Both the position numbers and the translations under genes were made by a program. 64,000 bases of DNA from the NCBI GenBank assembly GCA_041736435.1, contig JBGSTS010000020.1, forward strand, positions 119 through 64,118. The letters are read 5' to 3'. Below the pieces are notes generated by a model. The model had not been told where the DNA came from. It did not search any database and worked only from the letters and a program-made list of their open reading frames with translations. Each line of letters begins with the position of its first letter. Position 1 is the first letter of the stretch. This stretch comes from Desulfobacterales bacterium. GTDB taxonomy: Bacteria; Desulfobacterota; Desulfobacteria; Desulfobacterales; SpSt-501. This document shows, piece after piece, positions 38,052-46,459 of this stretch.

Positions 38052-38181
38052 GCGGACTTTGCATCGCCGAAATCAATTCCGTCTCAGTTTAGCAAGCCCT
38101 ATGCCAGACGGTAAAAAATAATAATAATAAATATTAGCAAATAGTTAGAATAGTATCGACCATCTTTTTTGGGTAGTTTTC

Positions 38182-38196
38182 ATTGCGATTTGCAAT
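38182..38196. promoter_or_regulatory. Palindrome ATTGC-N5-GCAAT (copy 1) in the AT-rich region upstream of the Mo-oxidoreductase/rnf operon
   Basis: ATTGCGATTTGCAAT. Confidence 0.4.
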
Positions 38197-38314
38197 ATTT
38201 TATCGATTACTTACAGGTATAATGCACGAATAATGCATCCCGACGCCAGCGGCGGGGACGCGTTATTTCAAAGCATTTCTTTAAAAACGAGGAAGTGTCG
38301 GGCAGGTTAAAAGC

Positions 38315-38329
38315 ATTGCGGATTGCAAT
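38315..38329. promoter_or_regulatory. Palindrome ATTGC-N5-GCAAT (copy 2)
   Basis: ATTGCGGATTGCAAT, extendable to CATTGCGGATTGCAATG. It lies 133 bp from copy 1. Confidence 0.4.
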
Positions 38330-38383
38330 GTTCACATAACCAGGGCGATGGGATCTGCCTGGGTATCGCAAGCGTGCCGGCGG

Positions 38384-39040
38384 TTAGTTGTCCGCGTGGC
38401 GGTAGATTTCGCCCTCGACGAGGTAGATCACCTCCTCGGCAATGTTGGTGGCGTGGTCTGAGATTCGTTCGAGGTGGCGCGAGATGAGCAGCAGGTTGAT
38501 GTAATACCCCACCCTCTCGGGCAGCTCTTTGATGGCTTGCTTGATCTGGTCGTAGGCTTCGTTCTTGATGTGGTCGACCTCGTCGTCGAGGGTGATGACC
38601 CTGTAGGCGATATCCACGTCCGTGTTGACAAGGGAGTCCAGGCTCATTTTCAGCATCCGCTGAACCTTTTCCCCCATCTCCGAGTAATCGAACATGAAGG
38701 GCGGTTTGGGGCGCTTGGCGATGATGCTCACCCGCTGGCCGATATTCACGACCTGGTCGCCGATGCGCTCGAGTTCGTTGTTGATTTTGACTACCGAGAT
38801 GATGAAACGCAGGTCAACGGCCACCGGTTGATGCAGGGCCAACACCTTCAGGCACTCCTCCTCGATCTCGACCTCCATGGCATCGACCTCCCGGTCGGCG
38901 GCGATGATGCGCTCAGCCAGCTCCGGGTCGATCTGGTCGATGGCCTTGGTAGCCGTGTGCACGAGATCCTCCACCAGGGACCCCAGGGTGAGAATGCGTT
39001 TCTTGATGCTGTCGAGCTCTCTGCGGAAGCGCTTGGTCAT
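38384..39040 (-). CDS. phoU: Phosphate signalling complex protein PhoU
   Basis: 218 aa with two PhoU repeats (...DREVDAMEVEIEEECLKVLALHQPVAVDLR... / ...DDEVDHIKNEAYDQI...ISRHLERISDHATNIAEE). Confidence 0.9.
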   Translation of the reverse strand: MTKRFRRELDSIKKRILTLGSLVEDLVHTATKAIDQIDPELAERIIAADREVDAMEVEIEEECLKVLALHQPVAVDLRFIISVVKINNELERIGDQVVNIGQRVSIIAKRPKPPFMFDYSEMGEKVQRMLKMSLDSLVNTDVDIAYRVITLDDEVDHIKNEAYDQIKQAIKELPERVGYYINLLLISRHLERISDHATNIAEEVIYLVEGEIYRHADN

Positions 39041-39110
39041 CGGGTCATGCCCCCCAATCAGCGTTCATTTAGCTTCAATCTTTATGCTATTACATCCAGG
39101 CTAGCGGCGT

Positions 39111-39137
39111 GTGAGTAAAAGGTTAGGTTTCGGTTAT
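39111..39137 (-). promoter_or_regulatory. Candidate Pho box array (phoU promoter)
   Basis: The plus strand has GTGAG (39111), GTTAG (39122) and GTTAT (39133). On the minus strand that is ATAAC-N6-CTAAC-N6-CTCAC. The period is 11 bp and the array is about 70-95 nt upstream of the phoU ATG. Confidence 0.5.
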
Positions 39138-39224
39138 CCATATCATATCCGAGGGCACTGCAAAATGCCCGATTTCTGCATGGGTTGCCGGCTTCACCAT
39201 CTTGCGGCAAACGCCTCACCATAA

Positions 39225-39262
39225 ATAATCAATATTTAGTGGTTGTCTAACATCGGGCTAAC
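39225..39262 (+). promoter_or_regulatory. Candidate Pho box array (phoH side)
   Basis: ATAAT (39225), TTAGT (39236), CTAAC (39247) and CTAAC (39258), all exactly 11 bp apart. Confidence 0.5.
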
Positions 39263-39280
39263 TACATGTTGTTAATTACC

Positions 39281-39309
39281 TTGACCTCTGGGGCTTTTTT
39301 ATTTACACT
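39281..39309 (+). promoter_or_regulatory. Candidate sigma70-type promoter downstream of the phoH-side array
   Basis: TTGACC (39281-39286), a 17-nt spacer, then TACACT (39304-39309). Confidence 0.3.
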
Positions 39310-39554
39310 ATTTCCGGATACGACGATGCCCATAGCCGATCTCCATGAGCTAAACCGGCCACCCGCCTGTCCCTTCCACCGGATCTGCTCCAACGATCAT
39401 TCGCTTTCTGTTGCCCGTTCGCCGCTGTTGCCGCAATATGCTTGCCCTGAAATTTACCGGAGTTTCATGGGTTCCGCCCCTACCCAACTCGGAAGGGGAG
39501 GGTTTTCCTCAATCGCCCCGCCGCTGACCGCGCCGGGGCTTTCTACGTCCAGAG

Positions 39555-40760
39555 GTGAAACGCATGCTGGATCAGCAGAAGAACTACATCATCGACACCA
39601 ATGTGCTGCTGGAGGACCCCAATTCGCTGGTCAAACTGAGAAACGGCAATGAGAACCACATCTTCATTCCCTACCATGTGCTTCTCGAACTGAACAAAAT
39701 CAAGAAAGACCCGAAGCTGCGCCATATCGTCGCCCGTGTGATCGAGTACCTGGTCGCCAACCCGGACGCATTCAAAGTTCTCCACTCCGACGCTGTCGCC
39801 AACCCATACGTGAACCTCGTGGACAACTTCATTCTGGACGAGATCCAATCCAGCGGCCTGGACAAGCCCATCCTGGTGACCAACGACAAGATCTTCCAAC
39901 TCCAGGCGCGGCTGCGGGGGATCACGAGCGAGATCTACAAGGAGTCGGTGCCGTTCAAGTCCGAGGCGGAATACTTTACCGGCTTCGTGGCCGGCCGAGA
40001 GGAGGCGGTGGCCAACGCCTTCATGTGGAACGACCAGGGCAAGCCCGTGTTTTTCGGGCCCGACGGGGAAAAAGTCATCGACTACCAGCACAAGGTCTGG
40101 AAGGTCGCTCCCCGCAACGTGTTTCAGAACCTGGCCATGGAGCTGATGACCCACCCGGGGATCGACATCGTCTCCGTGCAGAGCGAGGCCGGCTACGGCA
40201 AGAGCTACCTGGCGCTTGCGGCGGCTCTCTATCTCGTGCTCGAACGCAAGGCCTACCAGAAGATCTACGTTATCAAGCCCACCATCGAGATCGGCCAAAA
40301 GCTCGGCTATCTCCCCGGCCGACTCGAAGAGAAGATGGAGCCTTACACACGCTACATCGCCGACCTGCTTGCAAAGCTTCACCGGCTGCGGCCCGCTAAC
40401 AAGGTCTTCGTCGAGGCAGACGCCTACCCGCCCCAGTTCAACTCCAAGATGTTCGAGATTCTGCCTCTGGCGTACATCCGGGGCATGAACATCGACAACG
40501 CCGTGGTTATCATCGACGAGATGCAGAACATGGCCCGCTCGGAGTGCCGCGCACTGCTCTCCCGCATGGGGGAGGGGGTGAAGTGCCTGTGCCTTGGGGA
40601 CACCCGCCAGGTGGACAACCCCTATCTCAACCAGGAAAACAACGGGTTGAACTGGGTGGTCAAGAAATTCAAGGGCAGCCGGATCTACGCCCACATCGTG
40701 CTGAAAGGGGATAAATCCCGCGGCCCCATCACCGATCTGGTCATTTCCACCGGACTCTAA
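39555..40760 (+). CDS. PhoH-family ATPase with an N-terminal PIN domain (YlaK-like)
   Basis: KNYIIDTNVLLEDPNSL is a PIN domain. ...SEAGYGKSYLALAAAL... is a P-loop. ...VIIDEMQNM... is Walker B. ...GDTRQVDNPYL... is also present. The more likely start is the ATG at 39564, with AGAGG upstream. Confidence 0.85.
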   Translation: MKRMLDQQKNYIIDTNVLLEDPNSLVKLRNGNENHIFIPYHVLLELNKIKKDPKLRHIVARVIEYLVANPDAFKVLHSDAVANPYVNLVDNFILDEIQSSGLDKPILVTNDKIFQLQARLRGITSEIYKESVPFKSEAEYFTGFVAGREEAVANAFMWNDQGKPVFFGPDGEKVIDYQHKVWKVAPRNVFQNLAMELMTHPGIDIVSVQSEAGYGKSYLALAAALYLVLERKAYQKIYVIKPTIEIGQKLGYLPGRLEEKMEPYTRYIADLLAKLHRLRPANKVFVEADAYPPQFNSKMFEILPLAYIRGMNIDNAVVIIDEMQNMARSECRALLSRMGEGVKCLCLGDTRQVDNPYLNQENNGLNWVVKKFKGSRIYAHIVLKGDKSRGPITDLVISTGL

Positions 40761-40819
40761 CGGTCGGTGAGGCCGCGCCCGGCTAACTGCAAGGGTTTTA
40801 ATATTACTCCCGGGCTCGG

Positions 40820-40855
40820 GGGAATTAGTCTGCAGCTGATGGGGGCCTAATTCCC
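40820..40855. terminator. Hairpin in the convergent phoH / acyltransferase intergenic region
   Basis: GGGAATTAG-N18-CTAATTCCC, a 9-bp stem. The loop is large, so the call is weak. Confidence 0.35.
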
Positions 40856-40958
40856 ACCGGGCGTGGCCGGGACGGACAGGTCACCATTTGAATTTATTTT
40901 GTTGCCGGTACGATAATGCCGTTGCCGGCTAGGTTGCCTGCCGGATGAATAAATGCGA

Positions 40959-42833
40959 TCAGCCTGCGTGGTGCCTCTGCGTTTCAGGCACAGGGGGCGG
41001 GGATCCGCTTTCGGCGCAGGCCCCGTGGCAGGCCATCAGCGCGGCGACCCCCGCTTCCCCCATGTAGCGTTCAAGGGTCTTGCGGTCGGTCTGAAGCAGG
41101 TCCACCACGATCAGTCCGTCCATGACGTTGCCGAAATCCCGGTCGATGTTGAACCCCAGCAGCTGCCCGCCCAAGTTGAGATAGTGCCGCAACAGAACCG
41201 GGACCTCGCGCTTCTGGAATTCGATGTCGGCAATCACCGCACAAACCTCCTTGAAATCCTGTAAATGGAGCGTTTTACCGGATTGGGCGCATCCGGGTAT
41301 GCGGATGGGGGCGATTTTGGCCGGCCGCCGTGGCCGGACCATGAGAGAGAGGTCCTTCGCCTGACTGTGCTGAAGCAGGGTAGTTGCGATCAGGCGCCGC
41401 GATAAATCGCTGTAGTCGCGGCTGATGCTGACCGGTCCGAAGAGCCGCCGATACTGAGGTTGGCGGGCGATGAAACTGCCGATGCCTTTCCACAGGAGCA
41501 GCAGGGGGGCATAGGAGCGCTGATATTCCGGACGGACGAAGGAGCGGCCCAGCTCCAGCGCGGACCCCAGCCTTTTAAAAAATTGCGCCTGGGTGTGAAA
41601 CAGGGTAGTGGTGTAGAGGCCTTTCCGGCCGAATCGACTCAACAAAATATCGGTTCGGCCGAGGCGGTAGGCACCGACAATTTCGGATGCGGCCTCGTTC
41701 CAGACAAACAGATGCAGGTAGTGAGGATCGAATCGGTCCAGGTCTAAAGGCTTCCCGGTCCCCTCGGACGCCGCCCGGAACGAGAGTTCCCGCAGACGGC
41801 CGATCTCTTGCAATAGATTGGGTATTTGCCCAGCCTCAGCCTGCCACACGGAAAAATCACCGCTCTGCGCCAGGCGCTGCCAGGCAGGCAGGCGCTCGAT
41901 CTCGCGGCGACAGACATCCGGGTCCTGGGGGATAGCCAGCGGCTGCTCCCTGGGCACGTGAGGCATTTTTTCGATCGCGGCCGTCCGGATCCCGGCTGAC
42001 GGTTTGAATCCCAGAATGAGGGTCCTCCAACGCAGGTACTCCACCCGTCGTGAATCATCGGCGTAGCGTTGAATCCAGCGAAACGGAATGGGGGCCCCGA
42101 TTTTGACCTCGATCGTCTTGCGCTCCTTGTTGATCAACTCCCTCGCCAGCAGAGCCGTACGCAGGCGCGGGTGGATCATGCCGGCGGCATGGAAGACAAT
42201 GCCGTTGCGGCCTTTCACGAAAACCGGAAGAACCGCAGCCCGAGTCCTGCGGGCAATGAGGCCGGCGGCCGGGCTCCAGGCGCTGTCGGCAATCTCGCAG
42301 CTCGCTAATTTGAAATGCGAGACTTCACCGGCGGGAAAAACGAGAAGCATGCCTCCGTCGTTTACCCAGCGCAGGGCCGCCCGGATCGACCCGGTATTGC
42401 TGCGGGCCGATCCGGGCCGGTTGAACGGGTCGACCGGGATGGTCAGGCGTCGAAGCTGAGGGATGCGGTTCAGCATGAAGTTGGCCATGATTTTCAGATC
42501 CGGCCGAACGGACATCAGCAGATCGGCTAGGATAATCCCCTCGATCCCTCCGAAAGGGTGATTGGCAACCACCACCAAAGACCCCGTGCGGGGTATCTGA
42601 TCGATTTCATGCAGGCTGGGCTCGCAGCGAACACCCATTTCGGACAGCAAGGCGTGCATGAAGCGTTTCGGCTCCTTGACGTGGGCCACCCGATCATAAA
42701 GCATGGCGCACCGGGTGAGCCCAAGAACGTGCTCGATCGGCCGGAGCCCGCGGGCGGCCCATCGACTTGTTTTGGATTCAGGCAAATCCGGTAAAATCGA
42801 AAAAATGGGTTTGTGTGAAACAGTCGTCTCCAT
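40959..42833 (-). CDS. Bifunctional acyltransferase with a PlsC-type O-acyltransferase domain and an OlsB-like GNAT N-acyltransferase domain (OlsF-like aminolipid synthase)
   Basis: The N-terminal half has VVANHPFGGIEG and ...LLVFPAGEVSH... (lysophospholipid acyltransferase blocks). The C-terminal half has ...FRAASEGTGKPLDLDRFDPHYLHLFVWNEAASEIVGAYRLG..., the hemolysin/OlsB-like N-acyl-amino-acid synthase signature. Confidence 0.7.
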   Translation of the reverse strand: METTVSHKPIFSILPDLPESKTSRWAARGLRPIEHVLGLTRCAMLYDRVAHVKEPKRFMHALLSEMGVRCEPSLHEIDQIPRTGSLVVVANHPFGGIEGIILADLLMSVRPDLKIMANFMLNRIPQLRRLTIPVDPFNRPGSARSNTGSIRAALRWVNDGGMLLVFPAGEVSHFKLASCEIADSAWSPAAGLIARRTRAAVLPVFVKGRNGIVFHAAGMIHPRLRTALLARELINKERKTIEVKIGAPIPFRWIQRYADDSRRVEYLRWRTLILGFKPSAGIRTAAIEKMPHVPREQPLAIPQDPDVCRREIERLPAWQRLAQSGDFSVWQAEAGQIPNLLQEIGRLRELSFRAASEGTGKPLDLDRFDPHYLHLFVWNEAASEIVGAYRLGRTDILLSRFGRKGLYTTTLFHTQAQFFKRLGSALELGRSFVRPEYQRSYAPLLLLWKGIGSFIARQPQYRRLFGPVSISRDYSDLSRRLIATTLLQHSQAKDLSLMVRPRRPAKIAPIRIPGCAQSGKTLHLQDFKEVCAVIADIEFQKREVPVLLRHYLNLGGQLLGFNIDRDFGNVMDGLIVVDLLQTDRKTLERYMGEAGVAALMACHGACAESGSPPPVPETQRHHAG

Positions 42834-43051
42834 AATGTCTCCTCCGCGTCAAATAGTTTTTCCGGGGCCCTGCATCCCCCTGCACCGGGAGCAGATGGGA
42901 TGCCGCGTGGCTGGGACCGGCGTGGCGGCGGCAGCCCCCGGTCGCAGCTGCTTATTACCGACTCTGATGTTGCATGAGCCTAGCGGGCGGGGTTTAGGAG
43001 CGTGCTAGATTGCGGCTAAAATTCCATGCGGTGGGGATCTGGCATTCAAAA

Positions 43052-43078
43052 CTAACCGCAGGTTAACTTACAGCTAAC
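43052..43078 (+). promoter_or_regulatory. Candidate Pho box array (divergent OlsF-like / lysE intergenic region)
   Basis: CTAAC (43052), TTAAC (43063) and CTAAC (43074) at an 11-bp period. The last unit is 88 nt upstream of the lysE-family ATG. Confidence 0.55.
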
Positions 43079-43165
43079 GTGCCCCGGTCAGAGTCGGATG
43101 AGACGTGATCGGGGAACCGGCCGTTAAGGAAGCGCGCTGCGGCGCCGGCCGGTTCAAGGAGCGGA

Positions 43166-43798
43166 ATGGATCAGCTTTTGTTTTGCAAGGGGGTCGCCCT
43201 GGGCCTTTTGTTGTGTGCCCCTCTCGGCCCGGTCGGTATCCTCTGCATCCGGCACACGCTGGTGGACGGCCGGCTGGCAGGCATGCTTGCGGTGCTGGGC
43301 GCTGCTATGGTGGATGCGGTCTACTGCCTCATTGCGGCCCTCGGCATTACGCTGGTCGCGGGATTTTTAGAACAAGGCCGCTCCTGGATTCAGCCTCTCG
43401 GCGGGTTGGTGCTGGCCTTTGTCGGGTTTCATCTGACATGCGAGCCCTCCGGCGCGCGCCGTGTTTCCGGGACACGCGGCTATAACCTCATGGGGGCCTT
43501 CCTATCGACGTTTTTGCTGATGCTTTCCAACCCGCTGCCGATCCTGATCATCAGCGCAGCCATTTCCGCCATCAGCGGACCCGCGTGGGTGTCGATGCCG
43601 ACCGCGGCGCTCGTGTTGATGGCCGGCGTGTTCTGCGGTTCAATCCTGTGGGCGCCGATCCTCATCATCGGCGCATCCATGCTCAAACCCCTGCTGAAGC
43701 GCGAGCACCTGCGGGTCCTGCAGCGGGCCAGCGGCATCGCACTTCTAATCTGCGGGTTTTTCCTCGGTATCTCACCTTTTTTCCGCCACCCCGGTTAA
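43166..43798 (+). CDS. LysE/RhtB-family amino-acid exporter
   Basis: 210 aa with six hydrophobic helices and the N-terminal ...APLGPVGILCIRHTL... typical of LysE-type translocators. Confidence 0.8.
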   Translation: MDQLLFCKGVALGLLLCAPLGPVGILCIRHTLVDGRLAGMLAVLGAAMVDAVYCLIAALGITLVAGFLEQGRSWIQPLGGLVLAFVGFHLTCEPSGARRVSGTRGYNLMGAFLSTFLLMLSNPLPILIISAAISAISGPAWVSMPTAALVLMAGVFCGSILWAPILIIGASMLKPLLKREHLRVLQRASGIALLICGFFLGISPFFRHPG

Positions 43799-43810
43799 CT
43801 TCATCAACAT

Positions 43811-43848
43811 TTAGCGGTGTTTTAATCCGGGACTAACAGCATGTTGAT
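43811..43848 (+). promoter_or_regulatory. Candidate Pho box array (PHP-glycosyltransferase promoter)
   Basis: TTAGC (43811), TTAAT (43822), CTAAC (43833) and TTGAT (43844) at an 11-bp period. The array ends 50 nt upstream of the ATG at 43899. Confidence 0.5.
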
Positions 43849-43898
43849 CAAATTCGGCTTGATATGAGCGATTCGATCAATCCCTTTTCAGAGGAGCT

Positions 43899-45794
43899 AT
43901 GATGAAAGCGGACCTGCATGTGCATTCGCGGCACTCGACCCGGCCCTCCCAGTGGTTCCTGCAAAAGATCGGCTGCCCGGAAAGCTTTACCGACCCGCTG
44001 CAGCTCTACCACATTGCCCGGCGGCGGGGCATGACGCTGGTGACCATCACGGATCACAACAAGATCGACGGTGCCCTCGAGATCGCTCATCTTCCCGGGG
44101 CCTTCGTGAGCGAAGAGGTGACCGCCTATTTTCCCGAAGACGGCTGCAAGGTCCATGTGCTGGTCTACCGCATCACCGAGGCGCAGCACGCGGAGATCCA
44201 GAAAATCCGCACCGACGTTTACGACCTCCTCCGCTACCTAAAGGATGCGGCCATACCCTGTGCCCTGGCCCACCCGATGTATGCGGTCAACGATCGGTTG
44301 ACGGTGGCCCACATCGAAAAGCTCTTGCTGTTGTTCCGCAATTTCGAATTGAACGGCGACAGCAACCCGGAGTCCAACCGCAGCCTGGAGACGGTGCTGT
44401 CAGCCTTGACCCCGGCTGACATTGAGCGTCTGGCGAACACCCATGGCATCTCCCCGCTCTGGCCGGAACCCTGGCGCAAAAATCTGATCGGCGGCTCCGA
44501 CGACCACAGCTCGCTCAACATCTCCCGCAACTTCACCCAGGTGGAGGGCGCCGGGAGCGTCGATGCGTTCCTGGCCGGGATAGAGTCCGGGCAGGCACGG
44601 GTGGTCCAGCGGCCCTCCTCGCCGCAGGCCATGGCTCACAACCTCTACAGCATCGCCTACCAGTTTTATCGTCAGAAACTCGGGTTGAGCCGGGATGCAC
44701 CGCAGCATTTCCTGCTGCGCTTCATCGACCGGTGCCTGCGGCTAACGGACGGGTCTGAATCGGGGTTTCTGGCACGGCTGCATTTTCTGTGGCAATACCG
44801 CCGGATCCGCAAAATACAGGGCAGCATTCCCGGCCCCCTGGTGGAGCTCCTGCAGCAGGAGACGTCGCGGTTGCTGGAAGAGGATCCGGCGCTTTTCGAT
44901 CTGCCCGAGGCGGGCGACTGGATGTCCAAGCGGATGGAGGAGCGTTGGTTCGACTTCATGGACAGGATGTCCAACCGGATCCTGCTCGGATGCGCCAACC
45001 ATCTCCTGGGCCATGTGTCGGGGGCCAACCTGTTCAACATTTTTCAAACCATCGGCTCGGCCGGAGGGTTCTGCACGCTGCTGACCCCCTATGCGATGGC
45101 GTTTTCCCACTACAACCGCCAACGGCAGTTCAGCCAAGCCGTGTTGGAACGGTTTGGGCATGCCGTGCCTGACGATCCGACGCCATCGCAGGCGTGCGCT
45201 GTGTTTGCGGACACTCAAGCCGACGGGCAGGAATCGATCCGAACGCATGCTCGCAGCCATCCGGGGCGGCGGTGCGCGCTGTTGACCTGCGATACCGGGG
45301 TTGAATCCGAGGCCGTCAAGCGTTTTGAGCCCATCGGGGTCTACGAATTCGACGAGCAGCCGCACTACCGGCTGGTCTACCCGCCGGTCCTGGAGATGCT
45401 CGACTACTGCTACACCGGCCGATTCAGCCGTGTGCACCTGGCCACCACCGGCCCGGCCGGTTTGGCCGGCCTGTTCATCGGTCGCTTTCTGAAGCTGCCG
45501 CTGGAGGCCGACTTCAGCGACCTGCTGCCGCGCATGGCGCGGGAGATCACCCGGGATGGGTTCATCGAGGAGCTCTGCTGGCGCTACACGGTGTGGTTCT
45601 ACAGCCAGATGAATACGGTTTACGTCTCCTCCGGAGCCCAGCTGGCCGAGCTGGCCCAGCACGGTATTCCCCGCGCAAAACTCAGGGTGGCACCGCAGCC
45701 GACGGATTCGGCATCGCTCTGGGGCGATGCCCGCACAGCCCCCGCCGGTGCTGCCTCCCGGCGGCTGCGGCGGCAGGCCGGCGCCCGCATCTGA
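43899..45794 (+). CDS. PHP-domain phosphoesterase fused to a GT-B (GT4-like) glycosyltransferase N-terminal half. The C-terminal nucleotide-sugar half appears to be missing.
   Basis: MKADLHVHSRHS...VTITDHNKIDG is a PHP metal-binding motif. The C-terminal ~200 aa resembles a GT4 N-domain (...RVHLATTGPAGLAGL...VYVSSGAQLAELAQHGIPRAKLRV). The ORF then ends in low-complexity sequence, where RGVD...EX7E would be expected. Confidence 0.65.
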   Translation: MMKADLHVHSRHSTRPSQWFLQKIGCPESFTDPLQLYHIARRRGMTLVTITDHNKIDGALEIAHLPGAFVSEEVTAYFPEDGCKVHVLVYRITEAQHAEIQKIRTDVYDLLRYLKDAAIPCALAHPMYAVNDRLTVAHIEKLLLLFRNFELNGDSNPESNRSLETVLSALTPADIERLANTHGISPLWPEPWRKNLIGGSDDHSSLNISRNFTQVEGAGSVDAFLAGIESGQARVVQRPSSPQAMAHNLYSIAYQFYRQKLGLSRDAPQHFLLRFIDRCLRLTDGSESGFLARLHFLWQYRRIRKIQGSIPGPLVELLQQETSRLLEEDPALFDLPEAGDWMSKRMEERWFDFMDRMSNRILLGCANHLLGHVSGANLFNIFQTIGSAGGFCTLLTPYAMAFSHYNRQRQFSQAVLERFGHAVPDDPTPSQACAVFADTQADGQESIRTHARSHPGRRCALLTCDTGVESEAVKRFEPIGVYEFDEQPHYRLVYPPVLEMLDYCYTGRFSRVHLATTGPAGLAGLFIGRFLKLPLEADFSDLLPRMAREITRDGFIEELCWRYTVWFYSQMNTVYVSSGAQLAELAQHGIPRAKLRVAPQPTDSASLWGDARTAPAGAASRRLRRQAGARI

Positions 45795-45851
45795 CACCCA
45801 CCGATCCCCAGCCCGATCGGCTGCAGGGCCTGAGATGCGGCTCATAAAAAA

Positions 45852-45878
45852 ATAACCCTGCCTTAACCGAGGGGTAAC
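45852..45878 (+). promoter_or_regulatory. Candidate Pho box array (PAP2/glycosyltransferase promoter)
   Basis: ATAAC (45852), TTAAC (45863, within CTTAACCG) and GTAAC (45874) at an 11-bp period. The array ends 40 nt upstream of the ATG at 45918. Confidence 0.55.
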
Positions 45879-45917
45879 GATGCGAGGGTATCATCGGCCC
45901 ATTCCAAGGAGAATCCT

Positions 45918-46445
45918 ATGCGCTATTTGGTCGATAGCATCACGCGTTGGGACACCCAGTGGTTCAGCGCTATTTTTGGATTGGGCGGAAAACGGCTCCT
46001 ATCCCTTCTGATGCCGTGGGTGTCGCGCAGCGGCGACGGCTATTTCTACCCGGTGCTGGCTTTGGGTCTGATAGCGATCGATGATGCGCAGGGAAGGCGC
46101 TTCCTGACGGCGGCCCTGGCGGCATTTGCCCTTGAACTGCCGGCATACAAGCTGATCAAGAACTGCGTCAAGCGGGATCGGCCCACCGACAAACTGCCGG
46201 CCGTATGCGGCCGCATTGTCCCAAGCGATCGGTTCAGTTTTCCTTCAGGCCACGCGGCGGGCGCCATGCTGATCGCAACCCTTCTTGCCCACATGGTGCC
46301 GGTCGTTTTTCCGCTGGCCGCCGCCTGGGCTCTATCGGTTGGCTTTTCGCGGGTCTATCTGGGGGTTCATTACCCCACCGATGTCCTGGCGGGAATGGCC
46401 ATCGGCATGCTGAGCGCCCTCTTCGGCATTGCTCTGGCGGCTTGA
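45918..46445 (+). CDS. PAP2-family (phosphatidic acid / lipid phosphate) phosphatase
   Basis: All three PAP2 motifs are present: KNCVKRDRP, FPSGHA and SRVYLGVHYPTD. It is a membrane protein. Confidence 0.85.
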   Translation: MRYLVDSITRWDTQWFSAIFGLGGKRLLSLLMPWVSRSGDGYFYPVLALGLIAIDDAQGRRFLTAALAAFALELPAYKLIKNCVKRDRPTDKLPAVCGRIVPSDRFSFPSGHAAGAMLIATLLAHMVPVVFPLAAAWALSVGFSRVYLGVHYPTDVLAGMAIGMLSALFGIALAA

Positions 46446-46459
46446 GCCTAACGGCTGCC

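Noticed and set aside
37944-38110. A possible Moco riboswitch in the leader of the molybdopterin oxidoreductase gene.
   Set aside because: I could not find the conserved Moco-motif core blocks I remember. There is only a generic GCGGCC/GGCCGC hairpin and the TTCAAGAGA repeat. A covariance-model scan (Rfam Moco_RNA_motif) would settle it.
38117-38128. (AAT)4 microsatellite.
   Set aside because: It has only four units and lies inside a generally AT-rich promoter region. Nothing suggests function or instability.
38350-38372. A possible sigma-54 promoter (GGCACGCTTGCGA on the minus strand) just downstream of phoU. A second one, TGGCACTGAAGCGGC, is at 37967-37981 on the plus strand.
   Set aside because: In the first, the GG-to-GC spacing does not fit TGGCAC-N5-TTGC. 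The second is on the wrong strand for the operon and lacks the -12 TTGC.
40901-40938. Direct repeats GTTGCCGG x2 plus GTTGCC, spaced 20 and 12 bp, downstream of the OlsF-like gene.
   Set aside because: The units are short and GC-rich, the spacing is irregular, and the region is a convergent 3' region. They are compatible with chance.
42994-43020. Additional degenerate 11-bp-phased units (TTAGG, CTAGA, CTAAA) upstream of the strong 43052-43078 array.
   Set aside because: The units contain the palindromic CTAG core, so their orientation is ambiguous. They match the consensus poorly and are out of register with the strong array by 3 bp. I did not count them as evidence.
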